This document shows, one piece after another, positions 52,176-64,000 of a DNA stretch of 64,000 nucleotides (positions within the stretch are counted from its first letter, which is position 1; every line of letters begins with the position of its first letter). Location of the stretch: NCBI GenBank assembly GCA_964016885.1, contig OZ024741.1, forward strand, positions 196,912,001 to 196,976,000, given 5' to 3'. Under the pieces are notes generated by a model that had not been told where the DNA came from, ran no database searches, and saw nothing but the letters and a program-made list of their open reading frames with translations. Position numbers and translations under genes: made by a program. This DNA comes from Eledone cirrhosa (lineage: Eukaryota).

Positions 52176-54599
52176 TCCTTTTTAAACTACTGTATTTTAA
52201 TTAAATACTTAGTACTCTAATTAGGCAGTGAATTGGCAGAGTTGCTAAGACGTCAGATAGATTGCTTTACGGTATTCGTCCTACCTCATTGTGCACTCTG
52301 AGTTCAAATCCCGCCATGGTCAACTTTGCCTTTCATCCTTTGGAGGTTGATAAAAAAAAGTACCAGTTCAGGACTGGGGTAGATTCTTCCTCTATAGAAA
52401 AAATTGGCTGTGTTCAAACCTGGAGAGGGTTGGGCTCTGACAGGTTTAAAAGTGCCCTAGACACACCATATGACGGTGCCTTTATGACTCCGCAAGGAGC
52501 TATGGGATCTTTATCCTTTATCCTACTAATTAATTAAAGATTTCAAGGGATTTATTAAAATTGTTACATTAAGATGGCATTTTTCATATAACAAAATGTT
52601 TTTAGATGAAATTATATTAGAAGGTTTTAATAGGAATTTAAACATAACTAGAGGACAAACTATGTATAAAGAAAGTATAACAGAAACATCAACTAATGTA
52701 GCCATGTGTTGTCAAAGCTAGAACAGTGTATGTTAGGGGCCGAGATATGTATAGCAAGCCTGTTCAACACAAGTTAGCATGGGCATTATGCATATAAAAT
52801 TAATGAAAACTGTGTAAATCAAATCTCAACCTATTTTTAAGATTGGGTTTGCACGAGTAAACAGCAACAAAAATCCACTTTCTATAGATATCTAATATGA
52901 TTCACATTGAGAAGTTGATGTTTTATTTCCATTGCCATTGACCCTTTCACAACCATATTTCTAATGAAAGACACTGTTTGTGATTTTAAAATCACAAACA
53001 GTGTCTTTGAAAATAGCAAAAAAAAAAAAATTGTAAGGATTTAGGAATATAACTTTCTCATTATTAAGCTATGTTTTGGAACATATCTTAAAGATTTTGT
53101 ATAGAAGAACCAAGGGTATTTTCAGATAGTTTGATATCAAAAGGTTAAAATGTCTATTGTGAATCTCTAATCTGCTGTATTAAGAAAATAAGAAAGCTAT
53201 CTAATCAGACTATCCTGTTTAATAATACATAATTTGAAAACAATATTAAAAACACATTGCTGTATGTATCCTGGATTTTAGAATAGGTACACTGTATCAC
53301 TGCATTGTCTAAGAGGCAACTAAAAGGGTTGGCATCGGGAAGAGCATCTGGTTGTAAAACATTGTCTCAAGACATCCTGTTGAACTCATTCTAATCAATT
53401 TACCACCTTTTACTCAATGAAGTGGAGCTAAATGTATAGCAAGGCTAAACAATTTTATAGAGTTGTGGTTAAGTCATCAGAATCCAATCTATAGAGCAGA
53501 AACAAGGACAATATTATTGCCATGTACAGTAAACTACAGAGACAGCTCTATATTTCTGTTCAGAAAAGGATGTGAAGTTACAAGGATTATTTTGAAGGCT
53601 ATTTTCAAACTAAATATGTCATTTATAAATCAACTTTGAAACCTAATGATTAAAAGCTGACAAAGGATGATAAATCATCAACTCTGATCAAAGAAACCAT
53701 GGCAAAAACTAAATATATGATCTAGACGTTGTCATCTGCCACTCTACTCTCAGAATGTGACACCCCTTCTAACTCTTGTAAGTAGAGGAAAATAGATATT
53801 AATGATGATGATGATGATGTGCTCGTTTCCAATCCCCTACCACCAAAATCCCTGACTCACCTTCTCTCTCCAACCCATATCTGCATGTAAGTTGAATACC
53901 CATTCCCCCATTACCAATAAGCAACATGCAGCTCATCTCTTCCTCCTCTCTTTCCTTCTTATCCTCAGTCAAGCCAAAAACACAACAAGCACCCAAATGA
54001 TGTAATATATTGGCATCATGATAAAATACACTACAGCCCACTCTGTGGAACAGTCATGCTAGTGTCACGATAAAGAGCACCCAGTCCACCCTGTAAGCTG
54101 GTAGTGCTGGTGAAACAACAAAAGCACACAGTCTACTCTGTAAGGGGTAGTGTTAGTGCTGCAAAAATGCTTTCAGTATAAGCTGTAAAGTGGTTGGCAT
54201 TAGGATAGGTATCCAGCCATAGAAACCAAGTCACAATCGGAACATATAAGCAAGATGTGGTCCCCTGGCCTGTCTGGTTTCAGAACATGACAATACGTTT
54301 CACCCATGCTAGCAAAAACATGAAAGTTAAACAGTGAGTTTTTAATTAAAGCAAATAAATTTTAAATGAATAACACATTGAGTTAAAAATTTCTAACATA
54401 TCTGAAATCATCACAAAACGTTAATTTAACCCTTTATTTATTTAATCAATTTAAACGACCGTATAGAGCTAGTGAGTCATGACAGACTAGGGTAAGTATC
54501 GAGTACTCCTTACAGTTGGTAATAAAAAAACCCAGTGAGACATGTAATAAAAATAAATAAATAAATAAATTAAATTAAAATTTCAAACATTGAAGGCCA

Positions 54600-57280
54600 A
54601 AGGGAAGCAGATTATTCAAAAGAAAACAAAAAAGAAAATGAAAATAGGAAACAAGGGAAGCTGTAAAACAGAAGTCTCTGTTGTTGAATCTTTTCTTAGC
54701 TTCCATATACTCAAAGACTGTTTAAATTTGGTAGACCTGTAATCATATATTGAACTTCCAATCTTGGTAGGTTTGTAAAGATTGATTTCAATATGGCCTC
54801 TCTTTCAGACTGATAGTTTCTACATTGGAACAATTAGTGCTAAAGATTTTATGGAGAGTCACCATAAGAACATAGAGGTGAATCTCTATGATCTGTTCTT
54901 GATAGAATGTAGTTCAAAGGTATATGTCCAGTTCGAAGCCAGCATAGTTTTTTTTTTTATTTGCATTATTCAATGATTGATAAGTTTTGAATATTGTCAA
55001 ATCTGGTTGAGAAAATGGAGGGGGGGGGGGGGGGGCCCTGAAATTTGTGATCTTATCGCTGGATTCTTCCCAAAATGTTTCCCACCCATGACTAATTATA
55101 TGTTTGCTAAATGATTTTACCTGCGGAAGATTTGGGATGTAGTCTATATCTATTATTTCCCTTTGTGCTCTTTCTTTTGCTACTTCATCTGCTGTCGTCT
55201 GCTTTCCTATATCCTCTAATATCTGTATGGCCTGGTATCCAAATCACTTATTTCCTTATTATTTTCTGAGAGGTAGTTATCTATTTTTAGCAGAGCATTC
55301 TCAATATCTCTAACCTGACCCCTTTCTTTTTTTTCAATAGACTATCAGTAAATAGAAAACCATTTTTCCAGGGCAATTCCTTAGCTGAATCTATGTAATT
55401 CCCCACCATTCTGCATCAACTATTGTGTAATCTGAAGTTCATATTTCTATAATTATTTTTGAAAGACCAAGTAACTCCACAACCCACTCCCTTGTCTGAA
55501 TGTGACTCATCTGGTAGCAGACCCAGCTGTTAAAAGAGATTAACTGTGTGATAGTGTTATGGAGTTCTTTTGCTTCCTCTTTTATGCTTTTAATCATTAT
55601 TCTAAACAAGTTTAATTGTTCTACCATGGAGGAAGCCAAGTATCATGCTGTTTTCTTTTGCCTTTAAACCGAGCAGTTAGCAATTTGCATTCCTTGGACT
55701 CTTCTATCAACAAGTGAGTTGGGGTTAACCCTGCTTCATGAAAAATCACTATCTTGGGAGTAGACATCCCAATATAGTTTTGCCAATTTGGGTACAGAAT
55801 CTATCAATAGCTTGAAGATAGTTAGTACTTGTGTGTCCCCAAACCCAACTGCCACACAGCAATTGAGAGGTGATGACTCTCTTATTATACAGTCTCAAGT
55901 TGTATGTTAGGCAGTGGAATTTCTTTGAAATTATTTTAATTGCATGTCATGTTGAAGTCATTATTTTCAGTGTGTGTTTGAGATGAGTTTCCCCCATTTC
56001 AAGTTAGATTGCTGGATTTTTGTGGTATCAGTAGTTGGTTCATCAAGTATATTTCATCGCATTGATAATTGATGGGTTCAGAATTATGAAAATGAACTTG
56101 TGCTTTAGAGGGATCAAATTGTTGGCCATTTTCCTTTGCCCATTCAGTTGCAGTTGAGAGGTCTGTGCATAATTTAGTTTTGTTGTAGTTGATGATACTT
56201 GATGAAGTATATAAATTGATATCATCTGCAAAGCCTGATACTTCTACAATTTTATTTAGAGATGTAAACAAGCCTGTTGTGTAATATAGAAAGAGAATTG
56301 GTGAGACTGGCAAACCATGTGGGAGACCCTTTAACCCTTTAATGTTCAAACTGGCAAAAACTGGCCAGAAATCTACTTCTTTCTGTTGAAACTGGCTGTA
56401 ACCGGTCACTCAAACTGATGTTAAGGTATTGTTCCTCAAAATAAATACTTTCAAAATCTCATAGATTCGATATTATGTGAGATAATTATGCGAAGTAAAG
56501 CCTTTACCGTGAAAATATAATAGTAAATATAGAGTAATGTAAATGCTAAAGGGTTAATAGGTAAATAATTTTGCTTTTCTCATTTCCAAGAATCAGACTT
56601 GTACTACAATGAATGAGAAAGCTTCCAACCTAGTTACAAAGATATTTGGGGATTTCAAATTGTAGTTTTTTTTATTAGAATGCCATGAACCACATTGTCA
56701 TAAGCTCCCTTTATGTCTAGTGAGATGAAGCTGGTCAATTTTTTAAAGAGTTTTGAGTTTCTGATGAATGTGATTATTTCACGTTCACAGTGTTTTTATG
56801 CACTTGAAATCTGAATTGGGATTTTGTGAACATGTTCTTTGATTCTCCTAAGTAAGATAATCTATTGTCTATAATTCTTTTTTGCATTTTAGAAAGATTG
56901 CTTAGTAAAGATATTGGACAGTATGATTTGGTAGAGTGGTAGTTATCCTTATTTGGTTTTGGTATCACTAACGTATGAGTAAATTTCCATATATCTGGAT
57001 GGTGTTGGAATTTAATTATACTATTAAATAAGTTTAGTACTATTTCATGCATTACACTCCAAGTGGCCATTTCCATTTTCAACCCATCCTTAACTTCTAG
57101 TAGTTCTTGTTTAATAATAGGATTGCAGTGAGAGAATCAGAAGCTTTGTAATGGGTAGTAGATTCTGTAAATGAAGCATTGCCAAAAAACGATTCTGCAA
57201 ATAGTGAAGAGAGTTTGGAAGTGTCTGAGATTACTTCACCATTGTGGTGATTTGTTTTGGTGGGGGTTGGGTTTAATCAT
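54600..57280 (-). mobile_element. Decayed I-group LINE with RT and RNase H remnants
   Basis: WKFTHTLVIPKPNK..YCPISLLSNLSK, GLPHGLPVSPILF..GFADD and WIPGHTDIRG..ADEVAKE (RNase H). Interrupted by MITE 56335-56553. Confidence 0.8.
56335..56553. mobile_element. TTAA-target MITE family B, inserted in the LINE RT
   Basis: TTAA on both sides (56331-34 and 56554-57); homologous to 15015-15211. Confidence 0.88.
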
Positions 57281-58858
57281 TGAGTTGTATATGCTTTCAT
57301 TACTGTATTTCTATTGAAATACACTGCCTATATGCTTAAATTAATTTTGAAAATAACAAATTAGGAGGAATTTAATATAATAAATAACTTTTTTATTAGT
57401 GAGTTGATATTTAGAACATTATTAAACAAAAATTTCTTAGATTTATTGAACATTTAGAAGCATCAATATATTTTTTTGACTCTGAAAAGTAATCTAACAA
57501 ATTGGGCATAAAAGCCCCTGGACAGAAAAAAATGGTAGGGCGCTGTGAACTTTTTTCCTTTCAGTTCAATTTGTTAGACTATTTTCAATAAATACATATC
57601 CGCTAAACATTTCTAAAAATTGATAATTGTTCTTAAATAAAATTATAATGGAAGATATAAATATAAGGATAAACATTTTAAAATGAGCAGTTTTGTATCA
57701 AATCCAGGGCAGTTTCAGACAGTTGTGTATAAAAAGGGTTAATTACAAGAATCAGCACTGTTGCAGTAAATAGTTTATTGGTTCACATCATTTCTCTCAG
57801 ATTATGTATAACTCTATAGTTAGATTGCTATTAAAATGTCCTATCTTTTATGACTTTCACTGTAGTTTTCCAATTATATACTGTTCACGTGATTAATCAT
57901 CTTTAGCAGCATTAATGATATTTTCTATGCTGAAGTTGTTTGACCTAATCTTAAGTGCAGAAACTCCAATGTTTGGCTTGACCTTAAAGCTTGCAGCCTT
58001 ACATTCACTCTAATTATCTTATTCCATTACCTTTAAGCTATGGTTGTAATTTACCAGTTATAATACACTATAATCATATATTTGTAGCTTAACCCGTTCA
58101 TTAGTGGATTTCTATTAAAGTACACTGTCTATGTGTTCCAATTAATTCCAAAAATAACTAAACATTTGGAGGAATTAGCATAGGTAATCTGATATTTAGA
58201 ATATTGCTTAAGAAAATTTTCGAAAATAAAATTATGATGAAAGGTATAAATATAAGCATAAACATTTGAAAATGAGTAGTTTTATATCAAATCCAGGGAG
58301 GTTTCAGGTGGCTTGGTATCAAAAGGGTTAGCAGCCAATATAAATTATACAGCTGAACCATTTTAAATTGAACCAAGGAGGTTGCAACCACAACAACTGA
58401 GATATAGGCATTAGTCAATAGAAATCGGATACATGTGAAATTAGACAAATTTTTAACTAGTTAGTACTTATGCCTTAATTCTACTCATTTGAACCTAGTG
58501 TTTTCATACCTCTTTCCCAATGCATGCTTAATTAAATGTCTCACAATACTTCATGCAAACTATAATTTTAATCATTTTTTCTTATATCATAATTGTTTCA
58601 GGTGGCTTACTTCATAAACATCTAAAAATCATATATAAGCTTTAGTATTACAAAAATAGTGGAGAACGATATTTATGAAGGTAACTTGAGAAGCTACAGA
58701 AGCAAGTTCAATTCTAGTTGACAAGCAGTAGAAATTTCAATAGGCACTTTCGATATTTGTAGTTGCAGAAGTTTATAAGACATTTCAAAGATGAGAAGTT
58801 CAAATAAAAATCCAGGGAAACATAAAAGATTCAAGTTAAAACCAATAAGAGGACTTAC

Positions 58859-59011
58859 CTTTACCAGACTCCTGAACGTGGTTTAGTTTGCGAATCACAT
58901 CTGCAAGAGCACTTTTAAGGCAAACTATTTCATCTCCTTGCAGTTGTACTTTCTTTTCTAAAACTGCAACCCGCTCACTTAAGGTTTCTTGGTCTTGATC
59001 AAGTAAGCCAT
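58859..59011 (-). CDS. EML: EML/EMAP-family gene, exon encoding the N-terminal coiled-coil trimerisation domain
   Basis: Minus strand ttgtttcag|ATGGCTTA...GGTAAAG|gtaagt, 153 nt, phase 1-1. Translates (D)GLLDQDQETLSERVAVLEKKVQLQGDEIVCLKSALADVIRKLNHVQESGK, matching the EML1/EML4 trimerisation motif (R...LE.RVQ.Q.DEI..LK.ALADV.RRL) as recalled. Confidence 0.92.
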
Positions 59012-59619
59012 CTGAAACAATTATGATACAAAAAAAAAAATGATTACAATTATGGTTTACATAAAGTATTGTGAGGCATGTATTGAGTAAGCCTGTTCAG
59101 TATGAATAGGAAATATAATAGTGGAACTAGAGTAAAGTAAGAATGACAAAAAAAAACATTTTACCCTATAAATCATATTTCGAGTTTATAATCCCTTTAT
59201 CAAATGACAAATCAGTCTTATTCTTATAAGTTATTCTTTGTCGTGTGACTGACTGGAAGTATGAAGCAAGTTCAATTCCAGTTAACAAACAGTTGATGAG
59301 AAGTTGAAATAAAAATCCCTTTATCCTTTTTAAATAGGCAGTTATATGAAAAATAATTATTTAAAATTTATACATTTGCACATCGTGGGAAGGAAACAAG
59401 ATTGAGTTTGGTATACAAACAAATGTCTGAACATTAATATGATATAATCTGAAGTTAAACTTTATATAGAAGGACTAAAGTTCTAGCAAGTAGAAAGGAT
59501 AACAGGGCCCAGATCTCCTCACTGTGCAGAAAAGGAGTAGGTAGAAATTCCATTCTATGTGCTAAGGGCAAGCTATGGGTACACAGGAGGTGTAGAGGGA
59601 TCTCAGGCAGCTAACACAG

Positions 59620-59830
59620 AACGTAGGTTTTACATGTGGTTGGTGCACAGGGACATTAAGTAGCAAGAGCTCTCAGGATATAATCACCTTCAAATGCCCA
59701 GAAGGCTCTATAGAAGTGGTAGATAGTTTCTGTTACTTGAGTGACCGAATCAGCAGTGGGGGAGGGTGTTCCCAAAGCACAGTAACCAGAGTAAGATTGG
59801 GTTGGAGAAAGTGTACTCCTAATGTAATTC
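59620..59830 (+). mobile_element. Old fragment of the PHD-bearing RTE family
   Basis: FTCGWC..FKCPEGSIEVVDSFCYLSDRISSGGGCS aligns to 8920-9100. Confidence 0.75.
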
Positions 59831-62199
59831 TCAGAGGTATTCAATGTGACAGAGTGTAAAATTGTTGTTCCTTTGAATTACAGGTACAGTCATCCAATGG
59901 GCTTTCAAACAGTTTCCACCTACCCAGTTTCACCCCTAAGGCATGGGTTTGTATGCCTATGTCAGAACCATATCCATATTCAAGTTTAGAAGATTTGAGA
60001 TCTTTGTCATTGTTTAACTCCAACATTCATAATATCTGCTTCATATTGAAAAATATTTCAAGCTGAGTGAGCCATTACATAGTCATTTGTCCTGCTATAA
60101 ATAGACAAATTTCTTTCAAATTACACTCTACCATCTTAAAAAGATATATTAAATAATATAGTCTTAGATGCACTATTCACCAAAAGAAAATGTAGTGATC
60201 AAGACTAGAAAGTCTTTAATCAAAGGTCTGCTCAATCAAGGTTGACCAGGAACTCAATTTTGGCTGTAGGATTTTTTAAGGTTTAGCTAAGTTTAGTTGA
60301 AAACATTCAAGTCTCATTTGGAAAACAAAAAGGCCATTTCACTCCTGAAACTGATGATAAAAAGATAAAATTCCACTAAAATATTCTGAAGGCTATCAAT
60401 CAAAATAATCACCCACCATAAGTTCTTCAAGAAAGGGTATATACTGGTGAAATGCATGAGGAAGCAAATCACTTTCAGAGACAATTTATTTCAATAAAGC
60501 ACAAACTAGAATGCTGTTCATAGATAGCAGTAGATCTGGCAATGAACACTTAATATACAGGATTAATTAATCTATAGGAAACATGGAGTTATATTCTAAA
60601 ATAGTATTATTAGGCCAAAGTAAATAATACTTTTTACATAATCATATAATCTCTAATAAGCAAAAGAGTTGATAGAATACTATTATTTAATCAATGAAAT
60701 ATGGATCAGGATCTTCAGATTAACATATCCTGACTTGGGATAATTACCTGCTATAAAAACATCACAAGATTTATCTTTTAAAAATCACACATAATACATT
60801 CCTTAAACATAAATATTATATCATTAAAAGTTCCATAATATTATATATACTAGCAGAAATATCCCCCTCCTTCAAGCATTTTTTTTTGCTAATATATATA
60901 CTATACTGTGTATGTAATATACATATCAATGTTTACAAATGTATGTAATGGAAAAGCTACATCATTGATATGCGAATGATATAAACTTGAACTCACATGT
61001 TTGATTTTACAGCTTATTTAATTAGATACAATGTTTATACCCTACAAAATAAATAGTGACCCCTATGTGCTTAAGCAGAGATGGGACACAAACCAACTCC
61101 CAAAGACATGTCTCTTTCTTTGCCCACTTATTTCTGAGAGGGTCGTGGGGGAAGAGTCTTCAAACACTCCTTCCAGTGGGTCCTGTCAGAAGAAACTATT
61201 TCCAACTGATCTGGCTGGATCCTTAAGCAAGACCAGCCAAGCTCATGGATGTTATCCAATCATCTTGCTTGGATCTCCTGCCAGTTGGTTTTCCCCATAA
61301 AATCTGTCCAATGATTCTTTCCTAAGACATTCTAACCACATGCCCATAGCACAGGAGCTGTGAGCTCTCAATTCGGAGAAGTAGAAGCTCTAACTTGAGC
61401 AACACTCTGATTTGCGAACTATGCATTCTATAGAGTAACATTAGCCCAATGACCCTTCAGAGGAACCCTAAGTGATGTCTAATGAGATAAACATAATTTA
61501 TATAATGCAGAACAGCTCCTTCAATGTGATTCAAACTCATACTGACTAATAAAACAAAACAGTTTTTTTTATTCATCTATTTGGATACTCTATCACATTA
61601 ACTCTGTTTAATTCAGGTATCTCAAACATGTAATCAACAAAGTACCTTTCAATGGTCTGCAGCAGAACAATTTTCATGATTAATTAATGAAAATTTGAAA
61701 TGGAAAATTTGTCCACCCATATTTTGTATTAATTCACATATCCTACTTATTAATATATATATATTCATTTTGATGGGAAAAAAATTAAATGGCAGCCTAT
61801 ATCAGCTGTATTGCAAAGTAGCTTTATAACTGATGGAAATTATCCCCCACCCCACCTTATCTCACTTTTGGCTGTCTGTGCCTCTTCCCTAAGGACATAA
61901 TAGCTCTTTTGAGTCCCCGAGTTTTAGACACCTGGTCTAGTTGAACTTCTTATATTAAAAGGGTAGAATTACTTTCATGATGTATGAACAATACAAACTT
62001 GCAATGAAATATTTAATTTTGGAGTATATTTAATTTAATATTTAAGTAAATTTAATTATTATTTACCACCATCAATGATGACACGAGTTCGCTATCTAAA
62101 TATGTGTGTATCTGTGTGTGTCTTTTTCATATATATATATATATTGATAGAGGTGTATATGAAGACATATATGATATGTTTATGTATCAATAAATGATT

Positions 62200-62985
62200 G
62201 TTTAAGCCTTTTCAAAAGCATCCATTAGGTGTTGCATATCCTCTTCTGTGCAAGCCACAAGGTCATTGGCATAGAGCAAATACCTCACCAATGTCAAAAG
62301 ACTTTTATCTTTGCCTTAAAATGTCTGATGTTGAAGACATTTCCAGTTGTTTACAGTCCCTGAAAACCAGTTGAAATACTATTGTGAAGTATAATGCAAA
62401 CAGTGTAGGAGCAAGAATATATCCCTGCTTCACTCCATACCCGACGTTTATGGACTTAGAAAGCTTTTCACCCACATTTTCGTGAGTATCCATACCGCCA
62501 CAAAATCCTTTCAAAATACTCACATTTTTCAGGGCACTCAAGCTTCTCCAAAGATCTCCACAAACCACCTCTGTGCAAATTATTACCTTGTTCTAAGCAC
62601 TTCTCTTGCAATTATTTGGCAGAAAAGATCATGTCAACTGTACCATGTTCCTCACAAAAACTGGATTGAGATTCTGGAAGAGCATCTCTGGCAATACGCA
62701 TAAGCAACAGATCAAACAAAATCCTTCACAAAATCTTCCTGACTATAGAGAGCAAAGATATGCCTCAATAGTTGCCACAATCGTCTTTACTACAAGATAC
62801 AAGATAACCATCAGAGCATCTCACCAATCAGGGGGAAACAGTTTTATTATACCAGATGTCATGTTTGATGACATGAAATTGTTTCTGTAGGTTCTCACCT
62901 TCCTATTTCAGAAATTCAGCATTAATTCCATCCATTCCAGGAGATTTGCCACTAATTAGTTTAGTCACTGCTGTCTCCACTTCCT
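62200..62985 (-). mobile_element. RTE/BovB-like RT fragment
   Basis: GVKQGYILAPTLFALYF and LLYANDL remnants. Confidence 0.75.
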
Positions 62986-62990
62986 CAAAC

Positions 62991-63285
62991 ATAAGAAAAA
63001 TCGAAAATGCAACTGGAGTCTTTTTAAGAATATTTATTTATTTCCTTTACCGGTTTCACAGTTCTTATGCTTTTCAAAAGTAAAATTAAGATGGAGAATT
63101 TGTGGTTTGTCTCCAGATGTGAGACAAACCACAAACCCTCCATCTCAATTTTACTTTTGAAAAGCATAAGAACTGTGAAACCGGTAAAGGAAATAAATAA
63201 ATAAATATTCTTTAAAAACTCCAGTTACATTTTCGATTTCTTTTTCTTATACTTTCACCCATGTAGGACATCTCGTTTTTTTATC
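62991..63285. repeat. Near-perfect fold-back (about 125-bp arms) with hammerhead-like motifs in both arms
   Basis: 62991-63113 is the reverse complement of 63121-63250 with few differences; loop CAGATGT. Confidence 0.9.
63148..63194 (+). ncRNA. Putative minimal type I hammerhead ribozyme, U3:A8 variant
   Basis: CUU-UUGAAAA-GCAU aagaa CUGU-GAAA-CCGG-UA-AAG; an identical copy lies on the minus strand in the left arm. Confidence 0.5.
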
Positions 63286-63599
63286 TTTTTTAAATCTTTA
63301 TAAGCAAAGGGATATTTAATTTGTTGGTAATTCAACAAATATATATATTTATAACAGATTCAAAGGACTTGACAAGTTTTCTCGAGTATAATATCAATGA
63401 TATTAATAAATGGAAATTATATTTATAAAACCATATTTATTCTATTATATATATTTCAAGGGTACCAAAACTTTGGTGTGCTCTGATCAGATAAAATACA
63501 AGGTTTGTTTTATAAATATTGACATATCCAGGAATGAGACCTTAACAGTTCAAGTTTCACCTGGATAGCGAACACACACACACCAAACACTATACACAC

Positions 63600-64000
63600 A
63601 CGCAAACACATGCGCAGAAAAGAAGACAAAAATAAATAATTAAATAAACAGATAAAATAAAAATGGCGTAGATATACGATACAACAGAAGGAACATAATA
63701 TCACCACTGACGATGTTGCAGATGGGTAACGAAAGAACTTTATTAGACTATATATATATATGTGTTTATATCTATATTATATCTGTACTTTTGACCGTTG
63801 GTTAGTCAGTGCTAACATTGAGGACTGAATGAATTAACTGTGGAGATATAAAAGATACAGAAACGAAAACCAACCAAACACTGAGCGTGTTCCGTTATCA
63901 TTCCTGGCAATATTACAACAATATGACCCTCCCCAAGTATAACAATATTTGTTTCGACACACAATTTCATATCAAAAACCTCGCAAAAGAAATTCAGTGC
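63600..64000 (+). mobile_element. Penelope-like terminal repeat related to 30925-31243
   Basis: Shares CTTTT.AC.GTTGG..AAACACTGAG.GTGTT..CTGGCAATATTA..ATGACCCTCCCCAA.TATAACAATAT with 31010-31230; contains CTGACGA-TGTTGC..GTAAC-GAAA. Confidence 0.65.

Overview
AT-rich, repeat-dense animal genomic DNA; the SINE/LINE/microsatellite mix suggests an octopus or other coleoid cephalopod (inference, not verified). Most of the window is intronic sequence of a minus-strand gene recognisable as an echinoderm microtubule-associated protein-like (EML/EMAP) gene. The trimerisation-domain exon (58859-59011) and a basic Ser/Pro-rich exon (49874-50108) are followed by a series of candidate frame-preserving phase 2-2 exons and microexons (41824-41862, 33967-33984, 33665-33697, 24235-24399, 20495-20626, 12279-12419), most of them missed by the ORF track. 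Two of these end in a duplicated PQTL[ST]DFxxW[FL]Q motif. No HELP/WD40 exons were found, so they are expected to lie left of the window. The introns hold a young 5'-truncated RTE LINE with an open frame and a PHD finger inside the RT region, a decayed Dong/R4 element between (TAA)n tracts, and a Penelope-like element with inverted termini nested with a MITE and a Helitron. There are also CR1, I-group, CRE-like and BovB-like fragments, many tRNA-derived SINEs, TTAA- and TA-type MITEs, and several long fold-back elements, some carrying hammerhead-ribozyme-like motifs including a U3:A8 core variant. All calls were made by eye with no searches; boundaries of decayed repeats are approximate.
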